This document shows, piece after piece, positions 41,636 to 51,429 of a DNA stretch of 58,077 nt. Numbering within the stretch: the first letter of the stretch is position 1; each line of letters opens with the position of its first letter. This DNA is from a virus. Its lineage: Duplodnaviria; Caudoviricetes. The notes below the pieces were generated by a model, which saw only the letters and a list, made by a program, of their open reading frames with translations, searched no databases and was not told the origin of the DNA. The position numbers were made by a program, and so were the translations under genes. The stretch spans positions 1-58,077 of IMG/VR virus record IMGVR_UViG_3300036819_000091, one strand, 5' to 3'.

Positions 41636-43825
41636 GTGGCCGGCCCCGGCCTGATCTTCACCGCGACCACCGGGGCTGCGCTCACGGCCACCACCGGGCT
41701 GCACCTGGTGGCGTCTGCCACCGCGGCGCCGGCCGGGGTGGCGCAGGCCGCCGCGACCGCTGAGGCCGCCACTGTCCTGGCGGCCCCGCACCCGCCGGCT
41801 GCCGCGGTCACTGCTGCGGCAGAGGCACCGGCCGGGCGCACAGCCCCGCAGCCGGCTGCGGCCACAGCCGCCGCGGTGGCGCAGGCCCCGTCTGTCACGT
41901 CGGTGTCGCTGACCGCCGCGCCGGCCGGGCTGGCCGCTGCCACTGCGGCAGCCCCCGCGCCTGGTGCCCTGGTCGCGCCGGCGGCGGCGGCGGCGACACC
42001 GGGTGCCTCTGCGCCGCAGCCCGCCGCCGCGGTGGCCGCCCGCCCGCCGCAGGCCGCAGCCACCGCAGTGGCCGAGCCGCCCGCAGTCACCGCGGTGGCC
42101 GCCACCAGCGCGCCCGCCGGGCTGGCGTCTGCCGCTGCCGCAGCGCCAGGCCCTGCCGTGCTGGTGGGGGCGGCCCCGCCCGCTGCTGCCGCCGCCGCAG
42201 CCGGCGAGCCGCCGCTGGCTGCCGTGGCATCCCGCGCTGCCGTGGCCGCCGCCGTGGCTGCCGCACCCGGGCCGCTGCCCGGCGCGGCCGGCCGCCCGGC
42301 CGCTGCCACCGCTGCCACCGCGGCAGAGGCACCCGCGGCGGCCATCGCCGTTGCGGCGCAGCCCGCGCAGCCCGCAGCCACGGCACCCGGCCCGCTGCCC
42401 GCCCCGGGTGCCAGGCCGCCAGCCGCCACCGCAACGGCGACCGCCGAGCCGCCAGCGGTCAGCACCGTGTCGGCTGCCAGCGCCCCGGCCGGGGTGGCGC
42501 AGGCCAGTGCCGCAGCACCCGGCCCGGCTGTCCTGGTCGCGGCGCAGCCGCCCGCTGCCGTGGCCACGGGCACCGCAGAGCCGGCCGGCCCGCTGGCGGC
42601 GCCGCGCCCGCCGGCCGCGCAGGCCACCGCGACCGCTGAGCCGCCCCGCGCCGCGGCAGCCGCCACCCCGGCGGCAGCGGCAGCCGCCGGCACCGCACCC
42701 CAGCCAGCCGCCAGCGTGGCCGCCCGGGCACCGGCCGCCGCCGCCACGGCCACGGCCGAGCCGGCCGCCGTGAGCACGGTCACGAGCACCAGCGCCCCGG
42801 CGGGGGCGGCGTCTGCCACGGCCAGCGCACCCGGCCCGGGCGCGCACGTGGCCGCCGCGCCCGGCCCGGCCGCCGCTGCGGCCACCGCGCAGCCGCCGCG
42901 CCCCGCGCCCGCCGCCATGGCACCCGCAGCCGCCCCCGCCGCCGCGGCGCCGCAGCCGCGTACTGGCGTGGCCGGCCTGGCACCGGCCGCTGGCGCTGTG
43001 GCCGCAGCGCCGCCGCCCGCCGCCGGCATCGGCGCCCGGCCGGGCACGGCCACAGCGGGCGCCACGGCCCCGCAGCCGTCTGCGGCCACCGCGGCGTCGG
43101 TCAGCGCCCAGGCCGGGTGCGCGCCTGCGTCTGCTGCCGCGCCTGCGCCCGCCGCGGCGGTAGCCGCACGGCCACCCGCAGCCACCGCCGCGGGCGCCGC
43201 GCCGCCGCCGGCCCCGGCAGTGGCCGCCCGCCCGGCGCCTGCTGCTGCCACCGCCACGGCAGAGGCGCCTGCGGTCACCACCGCGGTGACCACCAGCGCC
43301 CCCGCCGGGGCAGCCGCTGCCGCCGCCGCCGCGCCCAGCCCGGCAGCAGCGGTGGCCGCGCCAGCCCAGCCAGCGCAGCCCGCCGCAGCCGCGCCCCGCC
43401 CGGTGCCTGCCGTGGCACCAGCCGCCAGCACAGCCGCAGCCGCGGCGACCGCGCCGCCGCCTGCCGCGTCGGCGGTGCCGGTTACCATGGCTGCGGCCGG
43501 CCTGGCGCATGCCTCTGCCGCCGGGCTGGCCGCTACAGCCGCCGTGGCCGCCCGCGCCGGCCTGGCCGCCGCCCTGGCCCTGGCCGTGCCGCCGTTCGCG
43601 CTGGTGCCCCCGGCGGTGCAGCTCTCGCCCATGGACGCCGGCGCCCCCCACGGCCGGTGGGCCGCCGGGCAGCCGCAGCAGCCCCGCGTGTCCGCTGCGG
43701 CGCCGGGCGCCAGGTGGGCGGGCGGCAAGCCAGCCGGGCGGTGGGACGCGGAAAGCGCGGCCGGTCGTTACGCTGCTGGTACCCCGGTGTCAGTGTGGGA
43801 CGCCGGGCAGCCCCACGGCCCGTAG
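41636..43825 (+). CDS. Ala/Pro/Thr-rich repetitive protein, probable fibre
   Basis: RBS GAGGAGG; repeated 'ATAE(P/A)PAV..V..SAPAG.A.A.A.AP' units. Confidence 0.7.
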   Translation: MAGPGLIFTATTGAALTATTGLHLVASATAAPAGVAQAAATAEAATVLAAPHPPAAAVTAAAEAPAGRTAPQPAAATAAAVAQAPSVTSVSLTAAPAGLAAATAAAPAPGALVAPAAAAATPGASAPQPAAAVAARPPQAAATAVAEPPAVTAVAATSAPAGLASAAAAAPGPAVLVGAAPPAAAAAAAGEPPLAAVASRAAVAAAVAAAPGPLPGAAGRPAAATAATAAEAPAAAIAVAAQPAQPAATAPGPLPAPGARPPAATATATAEPPAVSTVSAASAPAGVAQASAAAPGPAVLVAAQPPAAVATGTAEPAGPLAAPRPPAAQATATAEPPRAAAAATPAAAAAAGTAPQPAASVAARAPAAAATATAEPAAVSTVTSTSAPAGAASATASAPGPGAHVAAAPGPAAAAATAQPPRPAPAAMAPAAAPAAAAPQPRTGVAGLAPAAGAVAAAPPPAAGIGARPGTATAGATAPQPSAATAASVSAQAGCAPASAAAPAPAAAVAARPPAATAAGAAPPPAPAVAARPAPAAATATAEAPAVTTAVTTSAPAGAAAAAAAAPSPAAAVAAPAQPAQPAAAAPRPVPAVAPAASTAAAAATAPPPAASAVPVTMAAAGLAHASAAGLAATAAVAARAGLAAALALAVPPFALVPPAVQLSPMDAGAPHGRWAAGQPQQPRVSAAAPGARWAGGKPAGRWDAESAAGRYAAGTPVSVWDAGQPHGP

Positions 43826-43836
43826 GGAGGCACCCC

Positions 43837-44151
43837 ATGATCCCGGTCACGTCCACCGAGTACCTGTTCGTGCCGGTGTTCGGCCCGCAGGGCACCGACC
43901 CCACGCAGTACACCGCGCAGGTGGCCCTGGTAGCCGAGGGCCGCGAGCCCGGCGACGGCGACTGGCACGCGGCCACGTGGCTGGCCCCCGCGCCCGCGCA
44001 GGACCCGCAGGCCGCGCTGCTGGTTGGCCCGGGTACCGGCGCGGTGGCGTACCCGCAGGGCGAGTACGTGGCATGGGCCAAGCTGGCGGCCGGGTCAGAG
44101 GCCCCCGTGATGAAGTCCGGCCGGGTGCGCATTGGCGACGCTGGGCTCTGA
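43837..44151 (+). CDS. Small beta-rich (Ig/BppU-like) virion protein
   Basis: RBS GGGAGG; 'STEY..V..DPT..W..LLVGP..G.Y..W.K..E.PV..G'. Confidence 0.55.
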   Translation: MIPVTSTEYLFVPVFGPQGTDPTQYTAQVALVAEGREPGDGDWHAATWLAPAPAQDPQAALLVGPGTGAVAYPQGEYVAWAKLAAGSEAPVMKSGRVRIGDAGL

Positions 44152-45745
44152 CCTACAGCCCAGCCCCGGCGAGTGGGCCGCCCGGTACTTCGAGCCTAAG
44201 CAGCGCACGTGGCCCGGCCCGGGTGCCATGGCCCGCAAGCTCGACTCCAAGACGGTCAGCAGCGCCGCCCTGGACCTGATAGACGCGGAGCTGGTGGCGC
44301 TCACCGACGACCCCGACACCGACGCCCTGATGATCTTCCTGCCGCCGCAGGAGGGCAAGTCGCAGCGGGTGTCGCGCCGGTACCCGGAGTGGCGGCTGGA
44401 GCACGACCCCAGCCTGCGCATAGCGATTGTCAGCTACATGGAGGAGCTGGCCCTGCGGTGGGGCCGCGACATCAAGCAGGACATCCGCCTCGCGCAGGGC
44501 GAGCTGCCCATCAGCATCCGGCAGGACTCCGGGGCGGCGGGCCGGTGGGAAACCCCGCAGGGCGGCGGGGTGTACTGCGTGGGCGTGGGCGGCCCGCTGT
44601 CCGGCAAGCCCGTGGACCTGCTCATCATTGACGACCCGGTAAAGGACCGGGCCGCCGCCGAGAGCGCCACCGTGCGCGACAGCACCTGGGACTGGTGGGA
44701 GTCGGTGGCGCTGGAGCGCCTCGGCCCGGGCAGCAAGGTGGTGCTGGTGATGACCCGCTGGCACGAGGACGACCTGGCGGGCCGCATCCTGTCGCGCCCC
44801 AGCCCGCTGCGGTGGCGGGTGGTGAAGATCCCCGCGATAGCCACCGGCCCCGATGACCCGCTGGGCCGCCAGCCCGGCGAGGAGCTGGTGTCGGTGCGGG
44901 GCCGCGCGCCGGGGCACTTCACCAACATGCGGGCCGGGGTCAGCCCGTACGTGTTCTCCGGGGTGTACCAGCAGGACCCCACCGCCGCAGAGGGCAATTT
45001 CTTCCGCCGGGCCGCGTTCCGGTACTGGCGGGCCGCGCCCGGCGTGCCCGGCCGCGCCGGGGTGTGGATCGACATGGAAGGCCGGCAGTTCGACCTGGCC
45101 GACCCGGCCGTGTGGCGGTTCGCCACGGTAGACGTGGCCGCCTCGACCAGCACCCGCGCTGACTTCACCGTGTGCAGCGTGTGGGCCATCGACCGCGGCG
45201 GCGACCTGGTGCTCCTCGACCGGCGCCGCCAGCACGTCGAGATGGCCGACCACTTCGCCATGGTGGCGCCGCTGCGCGCCCGGTGGGGGTTTGACATCTG
45301 CTACGTCGAGCGCCAGTTCTACTCCAAGACGCTGGTCGCTGACGCGCAGAACGCGGGCATCCCGGTGGCCCTGGTAGACGCCGACACCGACAAGGTGACC
45401 CGCGCCATTCCCGCGGCCGGGCGGGTCCACGCGGGCCGGGTGTGGTTCCCCGCGCAGACCGCCGGGTGCGAATGCGGGCACTGCCCTGACGGGGCGTGGC
45501 TGGACGAGTGGTGCGACGAGCTGGCCGCGTTCCCCACCGGCACCCACGACGACCAGGTAGACACCCTGTCGTACGCCGCGCGGATCGCCGCGGCGCACTG
45601 GCTGCCGCCTGCGCCGCCGCCCCGGCCCCGCGCCATGCCCGCCGACCTGGCCGCCATAGACGAGGCGTACTCTGCCGCGATGGGCAACGGCCACGGCCCC
45701 GGCGGCGCGCCAGAGCTCGACCTGATGAACATGCCGCTAGGCTGA
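44132..45745 (+). CDS. terL: Terminase large subunit
   Basis: Walker A PPQEGKS, Walker B LLIIDDP, 'MTRWHEDDL', nuclease motifs 'VDVA..DFT..E..HDDQVD'. Confidence 0.95.
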   Translation: MATLGSDLQPSPGEWAARYFEPKQRTWPGPGAMARKLDSKTVSSAALDLIDAELVALTDDPDTDALMIFLPPQEGKSQRVSRRYPEWRLEHDPSLRIAIVSYMEELALRWGRDIKQDIRLAQGELPISIRQDSGAAGRWETPQGGGVYCVGVGGPLSGKPVDLLIIDDPVKDRAAAESATVRDSTWDWWESVALERLGPGSKVVLVMTRWHEDDLAGRILSRPSPLRWRVVKIPAIATGPDDPLGRQPGEELVSVRGRAPGHFTNMRAGVSPYVFSGVYQQDPTAAEGNFFRRAAFRYWRAAPGVPGRAGVWIDMEGRQFDLADPAVWRFATVDVAASTSTRADFTVCSVWAIDRGGDLVLLDRRRQHVEMADHFAMVAPLRARWGFDICYVERQFYSKTLVADAQNAGIPVALVDADTDKVTRAIPAAGRVHAGRVWFPAQTAGCECGHCPDGAWLDEWCDELAAFPTGTHDDQVDTLSYAARIAAAHWLPPAPPPRPRAMPADLAAIDEAYSAAMGNGHGPGGAPELDLMNMPLG

Positions 45746-45967
45746 CGCCGCCCCCCATGGCCCGGCCTGCCACCCCCCGGCAGGCCGGGCCGCCTGCTGC
45801 CTGCCACGGTCCACACGGGTGCAGGTGATGCCAGGGGTGTGTAGCATCCCTGCTGAGGAACGCGGACGCTGGACTGCACCGCCTCACCCGCACCGGGCGC
45901 TGGACCGGGCACTGGCCAAGCCCTACGGGGGAGGTGTCCCGTTCCCAGCGTCCGCCCGCTCCAGTCG

Positions 45968-48157
45968 GTGCCCACCGGCCCCGTTGGCGCCCCCGAGGAA
46001 ATCTGGGGCATGCCCGGCACGGGCGGCCTGCTGTCGGAGTGGGCCGAGACCGTACCGGCGCTGATGTGGCCAGAGACCATCCGCACCTACGGGCGGATGC
46101 GCCACGACCCCCGGCTCAAGGCGGTGCTGGCCGCGTACTTCCTGCCGATCCTGCGGACCACGTGGGCGGTGGACCCGGAGGGCATCTCCCGCGGCGAGGC
46201 CGTGGACCTGGTAGCCAGCGACCTCGGCCTGCCCATCCTGGGCGAGAAGGACCGCCCCGCCGCCGCCGCGGTGGAGGGCTTCAAGTGGTTTGATCACCTG
46301 CGCCTGGCCCTGCTTTCCAAGGTGTACGGGTTCTACCCGTTTGAGCGGTGGTACGACACCACCGGGCCGCTGACCCGCCTGGCCGGCGTGCAGGAGCGGC
46401 TGCCGCACACCGTGGCCAACATCCAGCTTGACGACCGCACCGGGCAGATCCTGTCTATCGAGCAGACCACGCAGACGGCGCCCATCCCCGCGCGGCGGCT
46501 GCTCTGGTACGTCAACGAGCGGGAGGGCGCCAACTGGGCGGGCGCGTCTCTGCTGCGCGAGAGCTACACCCCGTGGGTGCTCAAGCACGAGGTCATGCGG
46601 GTGCACGCCACCAGCATCCGCCGGTTCGGCATGGGGGTGCCCAACGTCGAGGCGCCGCCCGGTGCCACCCCGGCGCAGGTCACGCAGGCGCAGCAGCTAG
46701 CCGCAGGGATGCGCGTAGGCGACCAGGCCGGCGCGGGCCTGCCGCCCGGTTTCAAGCTGAACCTCACCGGGCTGACCGGCACCGTGCCCGACGCGCTGGG
46801 GTTCCTTAGCTGGCTCAATCAGGAGATGTCCGGCAGCGCGCTGGCGCAGATCATCGAGCTGGGCACCACCAGCTACGGGCCGCGCGCGCTGGGCGAGACG
46901 TTCCTGGACCTGTTCCTGCTGGCGCTCCAGTCCAGCGCAGACGCCATAGGCGACAACGCCACCTACGGCGAGCCGGGCATGCCGGGCCTGGCCAAAGACC
47001 TGGTAGAGCTGAACTGGGGCGAAGGCGAGCCGGTGCCCCGCATCGTGGCCACCGACGTGGGCGACCGCCACGAGATCACCGCGATAGCGCTGGCCGAGAT
47101 GGTCAAGGCGGGGGTGCTCCAGCCGGACGAGTCGCTGGACCAGTTCATCCGCGAGGCGTGGGGCCTGCCGAAGCGCACCGGGCCGTTCACGCCCACGGTC
47201 ACGCTGCCCGCCCCGGCGCCCACCGCACCCGAGCGGGCACCCGCCGGCGGTGCCCCCGCTGAGCCGGGCACGCCGGCGCCGGCAGCTAAGCCAGCGGCGG
47301 CGTCCGTGCTCCCGGCGCGGCCCGCCCGGGCGGCCCGGCGGCAGCGGCTGTGGCCGTTCCGTGCGGCGCCCCCGGCGGGGCTGCGCCGCAACCTCACCCG
47401 GGTGGAAGCCGCCGCCCAGTACGACCCGCTGACCGTGCAGGCGCAGTGGACGCAGGCCCTGGACCGGCTGCTGACCGCGTGGGAGCCGGTACGCGCCGCG
47501 CAGGCCAAGGCCCTGGCCGACCAGGTAGAGGCCGCCGTGGCCGGCGGGAAGATCGACCGGCTGGCCGGCCTGGCCGCCGACCCCGCAGACGGCACCGCCC
47601 TGCTGGCCGAGGCCATGGGCGCCCTGGCCGACGCCGCCGCGCAGACCATGATCCGCGAGGCGTACCGGCAGGCCGTGGACATCCCCCCCGACCTGGTGAA
47701 GATCAGTGACGCGCGGCTGGGGAAGGTCGCGGCGGCGCGGTCGCGGCTGGTCGCGGCGGGCCTGGCGCAGCAGGCGGGCACCAAGGCCATGCAGGTAACC
47801 GCGTCTGCCGCCGACGACGCCCGGCAGGCCGGCGAGCAGGTGGGGGTGTTCCTGGCGCAGCTCAGCCAGGCGCAGCTCAAGGACCAGCTCGGCGCGGCGC
47901 TGTCCACGGCGCAGAACGCGGGCCGCATGGCGGTGCTGGCCGCCGCACCAGAGTCTGCGGGCACCGCGGTGTACGTCGCCAGCGAAGTGCTCGACATCAA
48001 CACCTGCCCGCCGTGCCAGGCCATAGACGAGCACCAGTTCGGTGACCTGGCCGAGGCGCAGGCCGCCTACGTGAACGGCGGCTACCTCGACTGCGAGGGG
48101 TTCCTGCGGTGCCGGGGCACCGTCGCCGCGGTGTGGGGCGGGGTGACCCTGACGTGA
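45968..48157 (+). CDS. Portal protein (DUF935-like) fused to a minor-head (MuF-like) C-terminal domain
   Basis: Follows TerL; 'YGF..FE..RLP..G.SLLR..Y..W..K..RFGMGVP'; C-terminal 'SEVLD.NTC.PC..D..C.G..RCRG'. Confidence 0.85.
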   Translation: MPTGPVGAPEEIWGMPGTGGLLSEWAETVPALMWPETIRTYGRMRHDPRLKAVLAAYFLPILRTTWAVDPEGISRGEAVDLVASDLGLPILGEKDRPAAAAVEGFKWFDHLRLALLSKVYGFYPFERWYDTTGPLTRLAGVQERLPHTVANIQLDDRTGQILSIEQTTQTAPIPARRLLWYVNEREGANWAGASLLRESYTPWVLKHEVMRVHATSIRRFGMGVPNVEAPPGATPAQVTQAQQLAAGMRVGDQAGAGLPPGFKLNLTGLTGTVPDALGFLSWLNQEMSGSALAQIIELGTTSYGPRALGETFLDLFLLALQSSADAIGDNATYGEPGMPGLAKDLVELNWGEGEPVPRIVATDVGDRHEITAIALAEMVKAGVLQPDESLDQFIREAWGLPKRTGPFTPTVTLPAPAPTAPERAPAGGAPAEPGTPAPAAKPAAASVLPARPARAARRQRLWPFRAAPPAGLRRNLTRVEAAAQYDPLTVQAQWTQALDRLLTAWEPVRAAQAKALADQVEAAVAGGKIDRLAGLAADPADGTALLAEAMGALADAAAQTMIREAYRQAVDIPPDLVKISDARLGKVAAARSRLVAAGLAQQAGTKAMQVTASAADDARQAGEQVGVFLAQLSQAQLKDQLGAALSTAQNAGRMAVLAAAPESAGTAVYVASEVLDINTCPPCQAIDEHQFGDLAEAQAAYVNGGYLDCEGFLRCRGTVAAVWGGVTLT

Positions 48158-50274
48158 GCTATCACGTGGCCAAGCACGGCGACTGTCCCGCAGGCACCCC
48201 GCACGGCGTCATAGACGACACCACCGGCAAGCCGGTTAGCTGCCACGCCAGCCACCAGGCCGCCCACGACACCATGCAGTCGCTGCCCGAGCTGACCGAG
48301 GTCATACCGGGGGTGGGCACCATACCGGCCACCGCCCGTGCCGCCGCAGACGCGCCGGAAGAGGCCCCGGCAGGCCCGGTGCTGCCCGCGCTGGCCACCG
48401 TCCCGCAGGTCGATATCGTCGCCGCGGGGCAGTGGAACCTGTCCACCGGCCCGGCCACGTTCACCAAGGCAGACCTGGCCGCCGCGGTAGAGGCCAGCCG
48501 GTGCCCGGCCGTTGGCGCCCCGGTGATCAAGCTGGGGCACGTAGACACCCGGTTCGACGGCGAGCCCGCCGTGGGCCGGGTGCAGGGCATGGCCCTGTCA
48601 ACGCAGGGCAACAAGATCACCGCGGACCTGGCCGGGCTGCCCGGGTGGCTGCCCGCCGTGCTGCCCAGCGCGTACCCCAGCCGGTCGATAGAGGGCTCGT
48701 GGGACGTGAAGTGCTCGATCGGGCACGTGCACCCGTTCGTCATCTCGGCGCTGGCGCTGCTGGGCGTGGTCGCGCCGGGCGTGGGGGTGCTGGGGTCCAT
48801 CAACGACGTGGCCGAGCTGTACGGCATGGCACCCGCGCCGGCCGTGGCTGCTGCCGCCTGGAAACTCACACTGGGAGGAGCGCCGATGAACGGCGTTGCA
48901 ATGGCCGCAGGGGTCACCACCGAAGACGTGCGCCGCGCCTACTACGAGCAGCACACCACCCCGTACTCCTACTGGATCACCGAGATGCAGGTGGACCCGC
49001 CGCAGCTCATCGTCTGCGACGACGCGCAGGCCAAGGTGTACCGGGTGCCGGTCACCATCACGGACGGGGCGGTCACGTTCGGGGCGGCGCAGGAAGTCGT
49101 GGTCGAGTACATGGACGTGGCCAGCGAGGCCGCCGCCGCGGCCCGCGCGGCCCTGGCCCACGGCGGCGCCGGCCGGGTGGCGTTCGCGTCGGCGGCGGCC
49201 AGCAGGGCCGGGGTGGCGGCGGCGTGGTCCGGCCCTGCCGCGGTGAAGAACCTCGGCGATGACCCCAGCACGTCGGCGCTCAAGAAGCTGTTCGCGCTGC
49301 CCGGCGACACCAAGTCGGACAGCAAGCTGCCCCACCACGACGTGTCCGCTGACGGCACCGTGGGCGCCGCCAACGTAGACGGGTGCACCGCGGCGATAGG
49401 TGCCCTGAACGGCGGCCGGGGCGGCGTCGCGGGCCTGTCCGCTGACGACAAGTCCGCGGCGTACAGCCACCTGGCGGCGCACATCAAGGCCGCCGGCGGT
49501 GACCCGCCAGAGCTCAAGGCCGCCGGCCCGGAGCACCAGGACCCGGAGCCGCCCGCCGACCCTGACGCTGCCGCCGCGGCGCACGGCCCGTACAACGGCA
49601 CCCACAGCCACGCGCACCCGGCCAACGGCAGCCAGGGCGACGACATGACGCACACCCACGAGCACTCCCACTCCGGGGATGCCGTGCACACCCATGACCA
49701 CGCGCCGGCAGCAGCCGCCGCGAAGCCGCCAACCACGACGGAAGGGGCACCAACGGTGGACTTCACCGAGGACCAGCTCGCGGCCATGCGCACGCGGCTG
49801 GGCATCAAGGACGGGGAGGAGCTGACCGCAGAGCAGATCGCGGCCGCTTTCGTCCCGCCCGCCAGCGGCGAGGACCCGCTGGCCATCCCGGAAGGGGCCG
49901 GCGTCGTGATGGTAGACGCCAGCATCCTGACCGGCCTTCAGGAGCGCGCCGCCCGCGGCGAGGACGCCAGCAAGCAGCTCCGCAACCGGCAGCGCGATGA
50001 CGTGCTGGGCTCTGCCATCCGTGACGGCAAGTTCCCCCGTGCCCGGCTGGAGCACTACCAGCGGATGTGGTCCTCCGACCCGGAGGGCACCCGCCGCACG
50101 GTAGACGCCCTGGCCAAGGGCCTGGTCCCGGTGGACGGCCCGCTGGGCCACCACGGGGTGGACCCGGACATGCCGGGGACCTTCGAGGAGCAGCAGGCGT
50201 ACGGCAGCCTCTACCCGGAGGACATCGCCGCGGCCAAGGCTGCCCGTGACCGCGGGGCGGTGACCCGTGGCTGA
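48154..50274 (+). CDS. Capsid maturation protease-scaffold fusion (Mu gpI-like)
   Basis: GTGA coupling; 'IKLGH..EPAVG..YP.RSIE..ALLG..PGV'; scaffold-like C-terminus 'AIRDGK'. Confidence 0.8.
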   Translation: MSYHVAKHGDCPAGTPHGVIDDTTGKPVSCHASHQAAHDTMQSLPELTEVIPGVGTIPATARAAADAPEEAPAGPVLPALATVPQVDIVAAGQWNLSTGPATFTKADLAAAVEASRCPAVGAPVIKLGHVDTRFDGEPAVGRVQGMALSTQGNKITADLAGLPGWLPAVLPSAYPSRSIEGSWDVKCSIGHVHPFVISALALLGVVAPGVGVLGSINDVAELYGMAPAPAVAAAAWKLTLGGAPMNGVAMAAGVTTEDVRRAYYEQHTTPYSYWITEMQVDPPQLIVCDDAQAKVYRVPVTITDGAVTFGAAQEVVVEYMDVASEAAAAARAALAHGGAGRVAFASAAASRAGVAAAWSGPAAVKNLGDDPSTSALKKLFALPGDTKSDSKLPHHDVSADGTVGAANVDGCTAAIGALNGGRGGVAGLSADDKSAAYSHLAAHIKAAGGDPPELKAAGPEHQDPEPPADPDAAAAAHGPYNGTHSHAHPANGSQGDDMTHTHEHSHSGDAVHTHDHAPAAAAAKPPTTTEGAPTVDFTEDQLAAMRTRLGIKDGEELTAEQIAAAFVPPASGEDPLAIPEGAGVVMVDASILTGLQERAARGEDASKQLRNRQRDDVLGSAIRDGKFPRARLEHYQRMWSSDPEGTRRTVDALAKGLVPVDGPLGHHGVDPDMPGTFEEQQAYGSLYPEDIAAAKAARDRGAVTRG

Positions 50275-50647
50275 CTACACCCCCGTTTACGGGAAGCCGC
50301 AGTCTCTCACCTACACGGCGGGGGCGGCCATCACTGGCGGCCAGCTCCTGTACTTCTCGGCCGCTGACACCGTGTCGCCTGGCACTGCGTCGGCGACGGG
50401 CGGGTTCGCCGGGGTGGCCGGGCACGACGCCGCCAGCGGCGCGCAGATCACGGTGCTGGCCGGCGCGGGCCTGGTCCACGAGACCCCCGCCGGGACTGCC
50501 GTCACTGCGGGGGCGCCGGTGTACATGGGCGCCGCCGGGGTGGTGTCGGTGACGCAGGGCACGGTGCAGGCCGCCAACCTGGTGGGCTACGCGGTGCGGG
50601 CGCTGGCCGGCGCGGGCACGCTCCGCTGGAAGTCGTCGGTCGGCTGA
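50267..50647 (+). CDS. Capsid cement/decoration protein (DUF2190-like) 1
   Basis: 'DY.PV..T.TA..AITGG..GVA..DAASG'; located before the major capsid gene. Confidence 0.75.
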   Translation: MADYTPVYGKPQSLTYTAGAAITGGQLLYFSAADTVSPGTASATGGFAGVAGHDAASGAQITVLAGAGLVHETPAGTAVTAGAPVYMGAAGVVSVTQGTVQAANLVGYAVRALAGAGTLRWKSSVG

Positions 50648-50651
50648 AACC

Positions 50652-51092
50652 ATGACCGACTACGCCCCGGTATTCCTGCCCGGCACCGTCATCACGGTGG
50701 TGGCGGCGGGCACCATCACGGGCGGCGACCCGCTGGAGGTAGCCGCCTCCGGGACGGTGCAGAAATGCGCCGCCGCGGGGTCGGCCAAGTACGTGGGCAT
50801 CGCGCTGGAGGACGCGGTGGCAGGCAACCGGCTGACCATGGCCGCCAACAAGCCCGTGTTCGACGGGATCGCTGAGGGCACCGTCACCGCCGGGGACCAG
50901 GTATGCGCGTCGGCGGTGGCCGGCAAGCAGGTCAAGTCGGTGCCGGTGTCCGCGGTGAACCTCGGCGCCACCTACGACCAGACCGGTTCCGACGCCGCGC
51001 TGAACGCGGGCCTGGCGGCCATCCGGTCTGTGATCGGCGTGGCCATGTCCACCGCTTCCGACAACACCACCGTCCGGTGGATGCAGAGGTAA
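50652..51092 (+). CDS. Capsid cement/decoration protein (DUF2190-like) 2
   Basis: Paralogous N-terminus 'DYAPVF..ITGG..GIA..DA..G'. Confidence 0.75.
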   Translation: MTDYAPVFLPGTVITVVAAGTITGGDPLEVAASGTVQKCAAAGSAKYVGIALEDAVAGNRLTMAANKPVFDGIAEGTVTAGDQVCASAVAGKQVKSVPVSAVNLGATYDQTGSDAALNAGLAAIRSVIGVAMSTASDNTTVRWMQR

Positions 51093-51104
51093 GGAGAGGG
51101 ATAC

Positions 51105-51359
51105 ATGGCCAGCGGTGACACGGTTCTCAGCGCCGATGTGGCGGTGGAAATGGACCAGATCCAGACAGGGTGGGCTGCCGGTGTGGCCGCCGGTCCTGCC
51201 TACCGCGTGGTGCTCCTGGCCGTCACCGACCCGGTAGACGGCGACAGCAACCCGGTACCTCTGTCCACCATCCAGGCGAACGGATCTGCGGCTACCCCGG
51301 CTGCCACGTTCGCGCTGGACCCGACCAAGCAGTACACGCTGACGATCAAGGAAGCGTAG
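51105..51359 (+). CDS. Small hypothetical protein in the head module
   Basis: RBS AGGAGAGG. Confidence 0.7.
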   Translation: MASGDTVLSADVAVEMDQIQTGWAAGVAAGPAYRVVLLAVTDPVDGDSNPVPLSTIQANGSAATPAATFALDPTKQYTLTIKEA

Positions 51360-51429
51360 CCAACAGCCAGGCAGCCGCCCTGGCTGCACAGCCCGCAAGG
51401 GCCGGCAAACCGAAAGAGAGGATGCGGAC

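Noticed and set aside
40082-43728. Long minus-strand ORFs (1189 aa, 733 aa)
   Set aside because: Antisense shadows of the GC-rich Ala/Pro repeat gene; the + frame has the RBS and fits the operon direction
41636-43825. Possible CRISPR or DGR repeat array
   Set aside because: Repeats are degenerate, in frame and protein-level; no spacers, cas genes or reverse transcriptase seen
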